DNA from: a virus
Taxonomy: Duplodnaviria; Heunggongvirae; Uroviricota; Caudoviricetes
Length of the DNA stretch: 33,554 nucleotides
Reading direction: 5' to 3' (one strand)
Virus record (IMG/VR): IMGVR_UViG_2648501235_000001
Location: 1 to 33,554 of that record
The position numbers were made by a program, and so were the translations under genes. The notes below the pieces were generated by a model, which saw nothing but the letters and a program-made list of their open reading frames with translations, was not told the origin of the DNA and made no database searches. The first letter of the stretch is position 1. Every line of letters begins with the position of its first letter. Positions 1 to 7,255 of this stretch are shown in pieces.

Positions 1-98
1 TGGGTCGTCATGTGGGATGGCTGGTTCAGACTTCAGGATATGGTTGAGGGTTACCTGGTGATGAAGTCTCTTGATCAGGAGATCTGATCAAGAGACAG
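1..98 (+). mobile_element. Right end of an IS50-family (IS4 superfamily) insertion sequence: 3' end of the transposase ORF (1-87, truncated by the window edge) and 19-bp terminal inverted repeat (80-98)
   Basis: 80-98 is AGATCTGATCAAGAGACAG, the reverse complement of the IS50 inside-end 19-mer CTGTCTCTTGATCAGATCT. Frame 1 reads ...WDGWFRLQDMVEGYLVMKSLDQEI with the stop (85-87) inside the repeat, as in IS50 tnp. The residues differ from the canonical Tn5 Tnp C-terminus as I recall it (...LDGFLAAKDLMAQGIKI), so this looks like a diverged relative. Confidence 0.6.
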
Positions 99-119
99 CC
101 CGAGGAAGGGGCCTTAAAT

Positions 120-200
120 AAGGTAAGTTCCATATTTAAAATTCCTTTAATTATCAACAAATTACCATGAGCAGGTCATTGTTAGTCAAAATAAAATCAT
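120..200. other. attL: Prophage attachment-site P' arm with Int arm-type binding sites (attL side); core expected near 100-118
   Basis: CAGGTCATTGTTAGTCAAAATAAAATCATTTGTTGATTTC (172-211) closely parallels lambda P' arm CAGGTCACTATCAGTCAAAATAAAATCATTATTTGATTTC, directly abutting the int 3' end. Core not identifiable without attR/attB. Confidence 0.5.
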
Positions 201-1270
201 TTGTTGATTTCAATTTTGTCCCATTCTCTCCCTCGGCTGTCCCTATACCGCGCCGCCATTGAATCTGATTTATGTCCGAGAAGGCGTTGAGCAAACTTAT
301 CGCCAATCTGATTGCGGTATAGTCTCGCCGACAGGCTACGCAGTTCATGGAATGTTGGCGGGTCTCCATCAAATGAGAGTCCAGATGCATTTCTCGCCTT
401 TGTAAAATACTTCGATACTGTTTTCGGGGAAAGTGGTTCGTGATGCGTTGATGCAATTATAGTGTCACTGCCGCTGGCCTCCCTGCATTTCTGTAGTATA
501 TCAGCCAATGAGATATTGAGCGCGTCAATCGTTAGCGTCAGCGGAATGGCGAGCTTAGCCCCTGTTTTACCCTGTTCAATGTGAAGATGGTTGTCGTTTA
601 TGTCTGACCATTTCATTTTGCACAAATCGCCGACTCTCTGACCTGTAACGACGGCCAAATCCATCGCAAGCCTCAGCCAGATTGGGAGAGGTTCGGCTGC
701 ATGGTGAATCGCGACATACTCATTAGCTGTCAGCCTTGAGCGCCTTACTTCTGGCTTTGCTGTGCGGGTTGCTGTTACCGGATTCGTAGCCACATGCCCC
801 TCGGCTATTGCCTCACGAAAAACGTCAACAAGGGTTGACCTGATTAATTTTGCGGAAGCCGCTTTACCTTCTGCTACGTAGGTGTTTAGCATTGCTGCCA
901 CCTCTTTCGTTGATATGTCAGCGAGCGGTTTGTCCGGCAATTTTCTTCGGATTGCCCTGATTTTGCTGGCGTAGTCGAGTAGAGTTTTCGGCCTGATACC
1001 CCTCTCGCTGAGGATTGTTTCATATCGGTCAAGCCACGCATGAAGAGTGATTGCGTCAGCGCCTTTAATTCTGTCTATCAGTGACTCACGCCTGCTCCCG
1101 GATAGCAACTCAATATTGGCCTGTATTGCTTCAGTGATTGCTATCCTCCTGTCTCGGCCTAATCCAAACTCTTTACCCGTCCTTGGGTCCCTGTAGCAGT
1201 AATATCCATTGTTTCTTATATAAAGGTTAGGGGGTAAATCCCGGCGCTCATGACTTTGCCTTCTTCCCAT
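197..1270 (-). CDS. int: Tyrosine integrase, lambda Int family
   Basis: 357 aa, ATG at 1270. N-terminus MGRRQSHERRDLPPNLYIRNNGYYCYRDPRTGKEFGLG and C-terminal HELRSLSARLY...LLGHKSD...Y match lambda Int; central and C-terminal substitutions suggest a different core specificity. Confidence 0.95.
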   Translation of the reverse strand: MGRRQSHERRDLPPNLYIRNNGYYCYRDPRTGKEFGLGRDRRIAITEAIQANIELLSGSRRESLIDRIKGADAITLHAWLDRYETILSERGIRPKTLLDYASKIRAIRRKLPDKPLADISTKEVAAMLNTYVAEGKAASAKLIRSTLVDVFREAIAEGHVATNPVTATRTAKPEVRRSRLTANEYVAIHHAAEPLPIWLRLAMDLAVVTGQRVGDLCKMKWSDINDNHLHIEQGKTGAKLAIPLTLTIDALNISLADILQKCREASGSDTIIASTHHEPLSPKTVSKYFTKARNASGLSFDGDPPTFHELRSLSARLYRNQIGDKFAQRLLGHKSDSMAARYRDSRGREWDKIEINK

Positions 1271-1466
1271 TTCTGATCCTCTTCAAAAGGCTACCTGTTG
1301 CTGGTCGATTTAAGTCAACCTTTACCGCTGATTCGTGGAACAGATACTCTCTTCCATCCTTAACAGGAGGAGGGAATATCCTGCATTCGCGCACCCATCG
1401 ACGAACTGTTTCAAGGCTTCTTGGGCGTCGCTGGCGTGCGTTCCACTCCTGAAGTGTCAAGTACAT
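1248..1466 (-). CDS. xis: Excisionase Xis
   Basis: 72 aa MYLTLQEWNARQRRPRSLETVRRWVRECRIFPPPVKDGREYLF..., near-identical to lambda Xis; overlaps the int start as in lambda. Confidence 0.92.
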   Translation of the reverse strand: MYLTLQEWNARQRRPRSLETVRRWVRECRIFPPPVKDGREYLFHESAVKVDLNRPATGSLLKRIRNGKKAKS

Positions 1467-1492
1467 CGCAAAGTCTCCGCAATTACACGCAA

Positions 1493-1513
1493 GAAAAAAC
1501 CGCCATCAGGCGG
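1493..1513 (-). terminator. Candidate intrinsic terminator (minus strand) between orf103 and xis
   Basis: Stem CCGCC/GGCGG (1500-1504/1509-1513) with 4-nt loop, followed on the minus strand by a U-run (A-run 1494-1499 on plus). Confidence 0.4.
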
Positions 1514-1556
1514 CTTGGTGTTCTTTCAGTTCTTCAATTCGAATATTGGTTACGTC

Positions 1557-1868
1557 TTATTCGATGCGCACTCCTGGTATTTCGCCTTTTGATATTGCTA
1601 AGTCATAAATTTGCGCGGCACTATACCCATCTCGCATCCATGAATCTAAGGCGCGAACAGCCTCGCTACGCTTTTTATCTTCTCTCTCATTTTTGATATC
1701 AACGAGGACATCAACGCAATTAAGGCAAATGTGGATTTTGTCCTTACATTCGATCATGGCGGCTTTGCCATGATTTCCGCCACACAGTGAGCATAAATCT
1801 TCAGGGGCTGGCTGGTATTTCTGTAACGTTAGAGGGTTGAATGTTGAACAGGCCATAATCATCTCCAT
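1557..1868 (-). CDS. Hypothetical early-left protein with Cys-rich (CxxC...HxCxxC) zinc-ribbon-like motifs
   Basis: 103-aa ORF with ATG at 1868; GGAG lies upstream of the third in-frame ATG (1856), so the true start may be there. Co-oriented in the pL operon. Confidence 0.5.
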   Translation of the reverse strand: MEMIMACSTFNPLTLQKYQPAPEDLCSLCGGNHGKAAMIECKDKIHICLNCVDVLVDIKNEREDKKRSEAVRALDSWMRDGYSAAQIYDLAISKGEIPGVRIE

Positions 1869-2049
1869 AAAACAAAACTCGCCGTAGCGAGTTCAGATAA
1901 AAGAAATCCCCGCGAGTGCGAGGATAGTTATTCATTGTCGATATTTACATTTATTTCGAATATCTTTACTGGGTAATCGCCAAAGTCATATGTTTTTTAT
2001 TCTGTTTTATAAGCACTACCAAGTACTGCTTATTACAAATAAGAAAAGG

Positions 2050-2081
2050 CTGAAAAAATATTTAAGGCCACAACTGTGGCC
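2050..2081 (-). terminator. Candidate intrinsic terminator (minus strand) downstream of the 2092-2790 gene
   Basis: Hairpin GGCCAC-AACT-GTGGCC (2066-2081) followed on the minus strand by a U-rich run (A-run 2052-2059 on plus). Confidence 0.4.
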
Positions 2082-2091
2082 CTAAATTTAC

Positions 2092-2790
2092 TTACGGCAC
2101 TGCGTTAATCAGATTACAAATACCTCTTTTGGCAGGGTCTGAATTCAACTTCTGAAAATTGGCGTTCAACATAGCCGTGTGTAAGTGATTCTCAACCTCA
2201 AAGAATAAGTCGATTTTGCCCTCTTTGGCTGCCTGTTTCTTCCAAATATTCACTTGGTCATCAGCAATACGACTGGCGCAAGTGAACAAGAACGAACTGC
2301 CTCTAGGAATGGATGTCGTGCTGTAATACTCACCATCTACTTCTACATATTTAGCTCGGAATGACTCTAAGGTTAGCTCATTGCCGTTCTTGACCGACTT
2401 AGCTTCTGCCTTACTTGTTTCTTCCTGCTCTTCAGAATGTTTCTGCGCCGACGTGGGTATGTCATTGGCCGCTGTTACGCTGACTGAACTCCCCAAACCT
2501 TTGAGGCCATTAATTTGGATAAGATAAGCCAGCTCCAGAGCCTTATTATCAGTGAGTTTTCCACGCATATTTACCCACTGACGTTGAACCATTTTTAGGG
2601 TGTCTGCGTTCTCTGGGTTTCCTTTGAGGGCACTAGAATAGGCAGAGCTAAGCTGTTCGTCTAATTTTGACAGACGTTCGTTATCGCAGATTTTATGTTC
2701 GATTGCTGTCGAAGCCTTTTGGCAGTCAAAGCTGGCTGCAAATGCACCCGGCGATGCCACTAACAATGATGCCAGTAGGATATTTTTCAT
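2092..2790 (-). CDS. Secreted protein with signal peptide and N-terminal LprI/DUF1311-like (lysozyme-inhibitor-type) motif; cargo (moron) gene
   Basis: ATG at 2790 with GGAG 7 nt upstream. N-terminus MKNILLASLLVASPGAFAASF (signal peptide, AFA-A cleavage) then FDCQKASTAIEHKICDNERLSKLDEQLSSAY, which matches the DUF1311/LprI signature from memory. The six-frame ORF extends to 2817 but lacks an SD there. Confidence 0.6.
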   Translation of the reverse strand: MKNILLASLLVASPGAFAASFDCQKASTAIEHKICDNERLSKLDEQLSSAYSSALKGNPENADTLKMVQRQWVNMRGKLTDNKALELAYLIQINGLKGLGSSVSVTAANDIPTSAQKHSEEQEETSKAEAKSVKNGNELTLESFRAKYVEVDGEYYSTTSIPRGSSFLFTCASRIADDQVNIWKKQAAKEGKIDLFFEVENHLHTAMLNANFQKLNSDPAKRGICNLINAVP

Positions 2791-2920
2791 ATTCACTCCA
2801 TAAATACAAAAGCGCATTACTATAGCACTTAACCGATCGCTTATCTCGCCCGTTCGTCATTCTTATCTAACCAGAACATGCGACTGCCACAGCACATGTC
2901 GAGGATTGCTGCATGTCCAG

Positions 2921-3358
2921 TCACTGGTTGCCTCCTTTGCGAAGCTGGGCGGCTAACTCATCACATATGTGCGTCAAAGAGCAAAGTTTGATTGATGGGT
3001 GTTCGCGCATCATCTCAACCCCCTGCGCCCGCACTTCAGACAGGAAAGAGTCGGTGGCTGGGGTTTCAACACGGATGCTGTCGCGCAAGATGAAAAATGC
3101 ATTGAGCATTCCAGTCTCTGGCACTTCATCCTGATGCTTCTCATACTCATCAAGAGCCTTCATCATCTCTGCTCCGAATGGTTGAGGGTGCACAGACTTC
3201 AGCTCCGCATTCTCCGCCGCCAGCGCCGCGCACTTGGCCTCCGCTTCAGCAAATTTGCGTACCAGATATTCAGCATTTGTTTCGTTAACCTTTAAATCAC
3301 ATGGGATGCATTTACCTTTCAGAAATCCATCCATCTCAATTAGTGTCATTCGTTTCAT
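2921..3358 (-). CDS. Hypothetical early-left protein
   Basis: Six-frame ORF 2921-3376 begins with GTG at 3376; first ATG at 3358 ([12 protein letters not shown]...) has GGAG/GGGAAG upstream and abuts the stop of the upstream small ORF. No recognisable family. Confidence 0.45.
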   Translation of the reverse strand: MKRMTLIEMDGFLKGKCIPCDLKVNETNAEYLVRKFAEAEAKCAALAAENAELKSVHPQPFGAEMMKALDEYEKHQDEVPETGMLNAFFILRDSIRVETPATDSFLSEVRAQGVEMMREHPSIKLCSLTHICDELAAQLRKGGNQ

Positions 3359-3519
3359 TTCTTCCCACTCCGCCACATCGCATTCAGATATTTGTTTTGA
3401 TTCACTGACGGAGAAGAATTTCTCTTAAGCAATTCCTCTCTCGATGGCATTGGCTTTACGCGTTGGCGAATAATCATTTCTGCCGGAAGAATGCCGGGAT
3501 TGTATGCAAGTCCTCTCAT
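3355..3519 (-). CDS. Small hypothetical protein (54 aa)
   Basis: ATG at 3519 preceded by GAGGAA about 7 nt upstream, 11 nt after the stop of the 3530-3826 gene. The longer six-frame ORF (to 3672) overlaps the upstream gene and is less likely. Confidence 0.3.
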   Translation of the reverse strand: MRGLAYNPGILPAEMIIRQRVKPMPSREELLKRNSSPSVNQNKYLNAMWRSGKK

Positions 3520-3529
3520 GGTAAATTCC

Positions 3530-3826
3530 TCAGTCATTACTGATAGCGCCATAGCGTGAGCGGTAATTACGCAGGCGCGGGTCGATATATTCAGGGACGT
3601 GGGTATATGTGGCTTTGCGGAATGGTCGGATTGATGTCTGGTAAATTCGCTCGCGTTCTTCTTTCTCTGCAAGCCATATACAGTGGCGAAATTCCTTTTC
3701 CTCTTTCGTTTCCTGCGGTAGAGACATTATTCGATCGTAGTTTTTTCTGAATTTATCCAGCACCTCCGATACGGAATTGCCGGAACAGCGGCGCGGGTCA
3801 TCCGCACCATACAGAGGCGCTGGCAT
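3530..3826 (-). CDS. Hypothetical early-left protein (98 aa)
   Basis: ATG at 3826 with AGGAG 6 nt upstream, 13 nt downstream of the ssb stop; co-oriented in the pL operon. Confidence 0.5.
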   Translation of the reverse strand: MPAPLYGADDPRRCSGNSVSEVLDKFRKNYDRIMSLPQETKEEKEFRHCIWLAEKEERERIYQTSIRPFRKATYTHVPEYIDPRLRNYRSRYGAISND

Positions 3827-3839
3827 GATTTTCTCCTGA

Positions 3840-4346
3840 TTAAATTGCGTGAATAGCGTGACGAGGGAAGGGGAGAGTTACTGGTGCAAAGGGTATATCG
3901 TCGTCAAAATCCATCGGAGGTTCGTTGTGTTGTGCTGGTGATGATTGCTGCTGTGGCTTCTGTGATTGCCTGCTGGCTGCTTGTTGTTTGCTGTCGCCAA
4001 TGCCGCCAAGCATTTGCATCACGCCATTAATTCCGACATGAACCTCGGTTGTGTAACGGTCTTGCCCTGACTGGTCTTTCCACTTTCTGGTTCTCAGCAT
4101 TCCCTCGAAATAAATCTGATCACCTTTTTTCACATACTGCCCCACGACCTCAGCCAGTTTCCCGGATACAGCAACACGATGCCATTCAGTCAATTCCTTT
4201 TGCTCGCCAGTATTTTTATCTCGCCATTGTTCTGACGTGGCTATTGTCAGATTAGCGAACGCTGTTCCTGATGGTGAGTATCGAACTTCCGGGTCTTGTC
4301 CTACCCGACCAAGGATAATCACCTTATTTACGCCTCTGCTTGCCAT
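3840..4346 (-). CDS. ssb: Single-stranded DNA-binding protein (SSB), with 15-residue extension after the conserved DDDIPF tail
   Basis: [23 protein letters not shown]...TEWHRVAV...QDRYTTEV...[11 protein letters not shown] closely matches E. coli SSB (OB fold and acidic tip). Translation continues [15 protein letters not shown] before TAA at 3840-3842. Confidence 0.9.
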   Translation of the reverse strand: MASRGVNKVIILGRVGQDPEVRYSPSGTAFANLTIATSEQWRDKNTGEQKELTEWHRVAVSGKLAEVVGQYVKKGDQIYFEGMLRTRKWKDQSGQDRYTTEVHVGINGVMQMLGGIGDSKQQAASRQSQKPQQQSSPAQHNEPPMDFDDDIPFAPVTLPFPRHAIHAI

Positions 4347-5054
4347 TTATGCCGCCTGTTTTAGTTCGTTAACTCTGATGTTCATTACCTGAACGCATTT
4401 AGCCTGCGCCTCCTCGTTGCCAGCCATTAATTGCCAGTCACGCTGATAACGCTCGATGAGTTTTTTCTTGTCAGTTTCTGTTGATGCATAATCGCTGAAG
4501 TCTTTCAGGATTTGTTCGCAGTCAACCGATGGAGATTTCTGGTTGGTATTTTCTGGTGATGGTTTGTTATCTGATGCTGGGATTGCCCATCCCGGCAGCG
4601 ATGGAGGGAGCCAGTAAAATCCTGTTCCATCCTTCAGTTTTGCCCTGTGCCACCCCTGCTTTTTATCGAGAGATGTTTGTGCGAAACCTTCCTCAAGGTT
4701 ATACAGATACCGACCGATTCCCCACTGAACGGCAGCGCGCTTCATTGCGCCGGAACGACCACCTTTGACGGCTTCTACCTGCGTGTTTTCAGCAGCATCC
4801 CATTTGGTTACCCATTCGGAATCAATCCTGATTGATATGCCGCATTCAACGCCTCCGTTGTTGGGAATATCGCGGTATTCATTGCGCCATCCTGCTTTGC
4901 CGCAAACATCGTCCAGGCGTTTCATGATTGCCCTGTTCGTGACATAAGCCAGCACCATAGCCCACACCTTGCCATCGCGTGTTTTACCGCTTTGCTGTAT
5001 TCTCCATTCTATATCTTCAGGGCTGAATGGCTCATCGAATTTATTCAAATCCAT
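4347..5054 (-). CDS. Putative phage single-strand annealing protein (Rad52/Erf-like class, tentative) forming a module with ssb
   Basis: 235 aa, ATG at 5054 with GAGGTG SD; its stop abuts the ssb start (4346/4347), a typical SSAP-SSB arrangement. Family inferred from position and general resemblance only; it is clearly not RecT or lambda Bet by sequence. Confidence 0.55.
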   Translation of the reverse strand: MDLNKFDEPFSPEDIEWRIQQSGKTRDGKVWAMVLAYVTNRAIMKRLDDVCGKAGWRNEYRDIPNNGGVECGISIRIDSEWVTKWDAAENTQVEAVKGGRSGAMKRAAVQWGIGRYLYNLEEGFAQTSLDKKQGWHRAKLKDGTGFYWLPPSLPGWAIPASDNKPSPENTNQKSPSVDCEQILKDFSDYASTETDKKKLIERYQRDWQLMAGNEEAQAKCVQVMNIRVNELKQAA

Positions 5055-5153
5055 AATTCACCTCAGAATGGACATGGACCAAGGAAATAACGCTGATTTA
5101 ATACTTCGACTCGGGACAAATTAAGGCATACCCGCATTCCTTCGCGGTCACCA

Positions 5154-5312
5154 TTATGGCGATACCAGAGAGCTTTCTGCGTGTACATGCGTCTCTGTAA
5201 CTTGCTCTCCTTCACTGTGGTTGCAAGTGACATGAATATCTCCTTCGTTACCGATTAATTCTTTCATCTGACGAATGAATTCTTCGTCTGACCAGTTATC
5301 TGTAAAACTCAT
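5154..5312 (-). CDS. Small hypothetical protein (52 aa)
   Basis: ATG at 5312 (MSFTDNWSDEEFIRQMKELIGNEGD...), weak SD; position corresponds to the kil/cIII neighbourhood of lambdoid phages. Confidence 0.3.
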   Translation of the reverse strand: MSFTDNWSDEEFIRQMKELIGNEGDIHVTCNHSEGEQVTETHVHAESSLVSP

Positions 5313-5328
5313 GGACGGCCTTGTTGTT

Positions 5329-5466
5329 TCAAAATATCCCAAAGCTTTTCATTCTTGGTTGTTTAAAGTCTGCTCCGGTTAAAATATTTTTTCGTGAATG
5401 CTGTACCGATAAAATCGGGTTGAAAGGGCGAACCGATGCCGCCCCTGCAATAGCGAACTGTTGCAT
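5329..5466 (-). CDS. Small protein (45 aa), possible cIII-like
   Basis: ATG at 5466 with GGAG 6 nt upstream. N-terminus MQQFAIAGAAS resembles lambda CIII MQYAIAGWPV, but the conserved central CIII helix is not evident, so the call is weak. Confidence 0.3.
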   Translation of the reverse strand: MQQFAIAGAASVRPFNPILSVQHSRKNILTGADFKQPRMKSFGIF

Positions 5467-5541
5467 AGGATGCTCCTTCTGTTTGATTGCATAACGAAAA
5501 CGCCTCGAGTGAAGCGTTATTGGTATGCGGTAAAGCCGCAC

Positions 5542-5910
5542 TCAGGCGGCCTTGATAGTCATATCATCTGAATCAAATATTCCTGATGTATCGATATCGG
5601 TAATTCTTATTCCTTCGCTACCATCCATTGGAGGCCATCCTTCCTGACCATTTCCATCATTCCAGTCGAACTCACACACAACACCATATGCATTTAAGTC
5701 GCTTGAAATTGCTATAAGCAGAGCATGTTGCGCCAGCATGATTAATACAGCATTTAATACAGAGCCGTGTTTATTGAGTCGGTATTCAGAGTCTGACCAG
5801 AAATTATTAATCTGGTGAAGTTTTTCCTCTGTCATTAAGTCATGGTCGATTTCAATTTCTATTGATGCTTTCCAGTCGTAATCAATGATGTATTTTTTGA
5901 TGTTTGACAT
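5542..5910 (-). CDS. Acidic hypothetical protein (122 aa), paralog of the 6090-6413 product
   Basis: ATG at 5910 with GAGGAT SD. D/E-rich; shares EGWPPMDGSEG / SGWEPSMPDGEGW and a ...KAA C-terminus with the neighbour. Confidence 0.55.
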   Translation of the reverse strand: MSNIKKYIIDYDWKASIEIEIDHDLMTEEKLHQINNFWSDSEYRLNKHGSVLNAVLIMLAQHALLIAISSDLNAYGVVCEFDWNDGNGQEGWPPMDGSEGIRITDIDTSGIFDSDDMTIKAA

Positions 5911-5928
5911 CTGTTCATATCCTCACAG

Positions 5929-5955
5929 AAAAAAATCGCCCTCACATTAGAGGGC
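5929..5955 (-). terminator. Candidate intrinsic terminator (minus strand) in the 5911-6089 intergenic region
   Basis: Stem GCCCTC/GAGGGC (5938-5943/5950-5955) with 6-nt loop, followed on the minus strand by 7 U (A-run 5929-5935 on plus). Confidence 0.4.
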
Positions 5956-6074
5956 AAAGAAGATTTCCAATAATCAGAACAAGTCGGCTCCTGTTTAGTT
6001 ACGAGCGACATTGCTCCGTGTATTCACTCGTTGGAATGAATACACAGTGCTGTGTTTATTCTGTTGTTTATGCC

Positions 6075-6100
6075 AAAAATAAAGGCCGACTATGCGGCCT
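6075..6100 (-). terminator. Candidate hairpin/terminator (minus strand) overlapping the stop of the 6090-6413 gene
   Basis: Stem AGGCCG/CGGCCT (6083-6088/6095-6100) followed on the minus strand by a U-rich run (AAAAATAA 6075-6082 on plus). Confidence 0.3.
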
Positions 6101-6413
6101 TATCTACATTTCTGAACCAAACGCAGATCGGACCGTCTTCTGTATCGTGAATCGAACCGACAAACCATCCTTCTCCATCTGGCATGCTTGGCTCCCATCC
6201 ACTGATGTTTGGATTCCCATCTTCAAAATACGCGTCAATTACCGTTTGATTGTTGTCGTTTTCCATTTCAACAATTGATGATTCAATGCCATGCTGCTTG
6301 CAGAAAGATCTGAACTCATCAGCTGAAATTACCTCTCTATCCCCAAACAGGTTGGCGTATTCTGGGTGCGTCCAGTAGCCATCCTCGCTTCGCTCTACTA
6401 CTAATGCTTCCAT
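6090..6413 (-). CDS. Acidic hypothetical protein (107 aa), paralog of the 5542-5910 product
   Basis: ATG at 6413 with GAGGTG SD; D/E-rich; shared motifs with the 122-aa neighbour. Confidence 0.55.
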   Translation of the reverse strand: MEALVVERSEDGYWTHPEYANLFGDREVISADEFRSFCKQHGIESSIVEMENDNNQTVIDAYFEDGNPNISGWEPSMPDGEGWFVGSIHDTEDGPICVWFRNVDKAA

Positions 6414-6475
6414 ATATCACCTCAAATAAGTGGTTTGCTGCCAAAACAATGAACCATCCGGAAATTCCAGATAGT

Positions 6476-6700
6476 TCATAATTCACTCTTCAATACTTCC
6501 AACTTACTAATCGCCGATAGATATCCGCGCTGATAGGGCATCATCATTCCTTCGAGCTTGCCACTTCTTAACTCCTCCCTGAGCAATTGTATTGCTTGAT
6601 CAATAACCTCTGCCTTAGCGTCCTTTATGGCTTGCTTGCGGGGCTTTGCTTTCTGCTTTGGCAGATTTCTCAAGCATGATGGAATGTATGTCTGATTCAT
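6476..6700 (-). CDS. Hypothetical protein (74 aa) immediately downstream of N
   Basis: ATG at 6700 with GAGGT SD 6 nt upstream; the six-frame ORF start at 6703 is GTG. Basic N-terminus, no recognisable family. Confidence 0.45.
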   Translation of the reverse strand: MNQTYIPSCLRNLPKQKAKPRKQAIKDAKAEVIDQAIQLLREELRSGKLEGMMMPYQRGYLSAISKLEVLKSEL

Positions 6701-6703
6701 CAC

Positions 6704-7012
6704 TTACCTCGCTGTCAGTTGTTTTGATTTCCGGTAGCCTGCCGCGTAAAGAGCTACGTTTGGCAGGCAAATACTTCCACTGCATTCATCTGCCTTCTTG
6801 CAGCGAAGGCTTCCGAGTGATATTGCTTTTTCAGAAAGGCTTAACCGCTTTCTCGGGTCTTCCTGAACAGGTTCCTCACTGTCTGTGCCGAAGATCGAAT
6901 CGATGATGTTGCAGATGGAATCACGCTCGATGGCCAGCTTTCTGCGCCGCTCATGACGGCGAGTTTTGGCATTTCCTGCAAATGTTGATTTTCCGTACAC
7001 GATTACCGTCAT
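6704..7012 (-). CDS. N: Antitermination protein N, P22 gene-24 type
   Basis: ATG at 7012 with GAGGA SD. Contains the arginine-rich motif GNAKTRRHERRRKLAIER, which I recall as the P22 N boxB-binding peptide. The six-frame ORF start at 7096 lies 5' of the nutL boxA/boxB (7131-7164), so the shorter product is the real one. Confidence 0.8.
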   Translation of the reverse strand: MTVIVYGKSTFAGNAKTRRHERRRKLAIERDSICNIIDSIFGTDSEEPVQEDPRKRLSLSEKAISLGSLRCKKADECSGSICLPNVALYAAGYRKSKQLTAR

Positions 7013-7130
7013 GATGTTTTCCTCATGTGAAATGGCTTTGGTGGTGATGCGCCAGATGCTGATCTTCTGGTTGCTGTCGTTACTGCTGCAATTCACATCA
7101 CCCCAAACCCATCTCGTTTGGTATCTGTTC

Positions 7131-7164
7131 GCGCTTTGTCAGCGCACCATCGAAGTTAAAGAGC
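7131..7164 (-). promoter_or_regulatory. nutL: nutL (boxA + boxB), P22 type
   Basis: Minus strand reads GCTCTTTAAC (boxA, 7155-7164) then, 9 nt on, GCGCTGACAAAGCGC (boxB hairpin, 7131-7145), matching the P22 nutL boxB as recalled. Confidence 0.75.
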
Positions 7165-7204
7165 CTGCCAATCTGTTCCGTTTGGCTGCCAGCGTCCTGC
7201 TGAT

Positions 7205-7255
7205 GGTGATAATAATGAACTAACAGTTCGATGTTATCAAGAACTATAAGTACGA
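7205..7255 (-). promoter_or_regulatory. Candidate pL promoter with overlapping operator-like inverted repeats (oL)
   Basis: Minus strand -35 TTGATA (7243-7248), 17-nt spacer, -10 CATTAT (7212-7217). Inverted repeat AGTTC-N11-GAACT (7229-7249) and an AAGTACGAA motif are shared with the oR region (9192-9269). Confidence 0.4.

Noticed and set aside
1-98. Possibility that the left end is a laboratory Tn5 / mini-Tn5 cassette
   Set aside because: Only the 19-bp end matches IS50 exactly. The transposase C-terminal coding sequence differs from canonical Tn5 Tnp as I recall it, and the sequence beyond the repeat is phage att-arm DNA rather than the Tn5 central region (no nptII leader GATGAGGATCGTTTCGC). 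Treated as a natural IS50-family element; confirmation needs leftward sequence.
1335-1696. Plus-strand ORFs 1335-1592 and 1421-1696 antisense to xis and orf103
   Set aside because: Antisense to well-supported lambda-like genes and a terminator hairpin; no SD; low-complexity translations.
5904-6278. Plus-strand ORF (124 aa) spanning the intergenic hairpins between the acidic paralogs
   Set aside because: Overlaps the 3' end of a well-supported minus-strand gene and two hairpin/terminator elements; no SD; Cys/Val/Tyr-rich nonsense-like translation.
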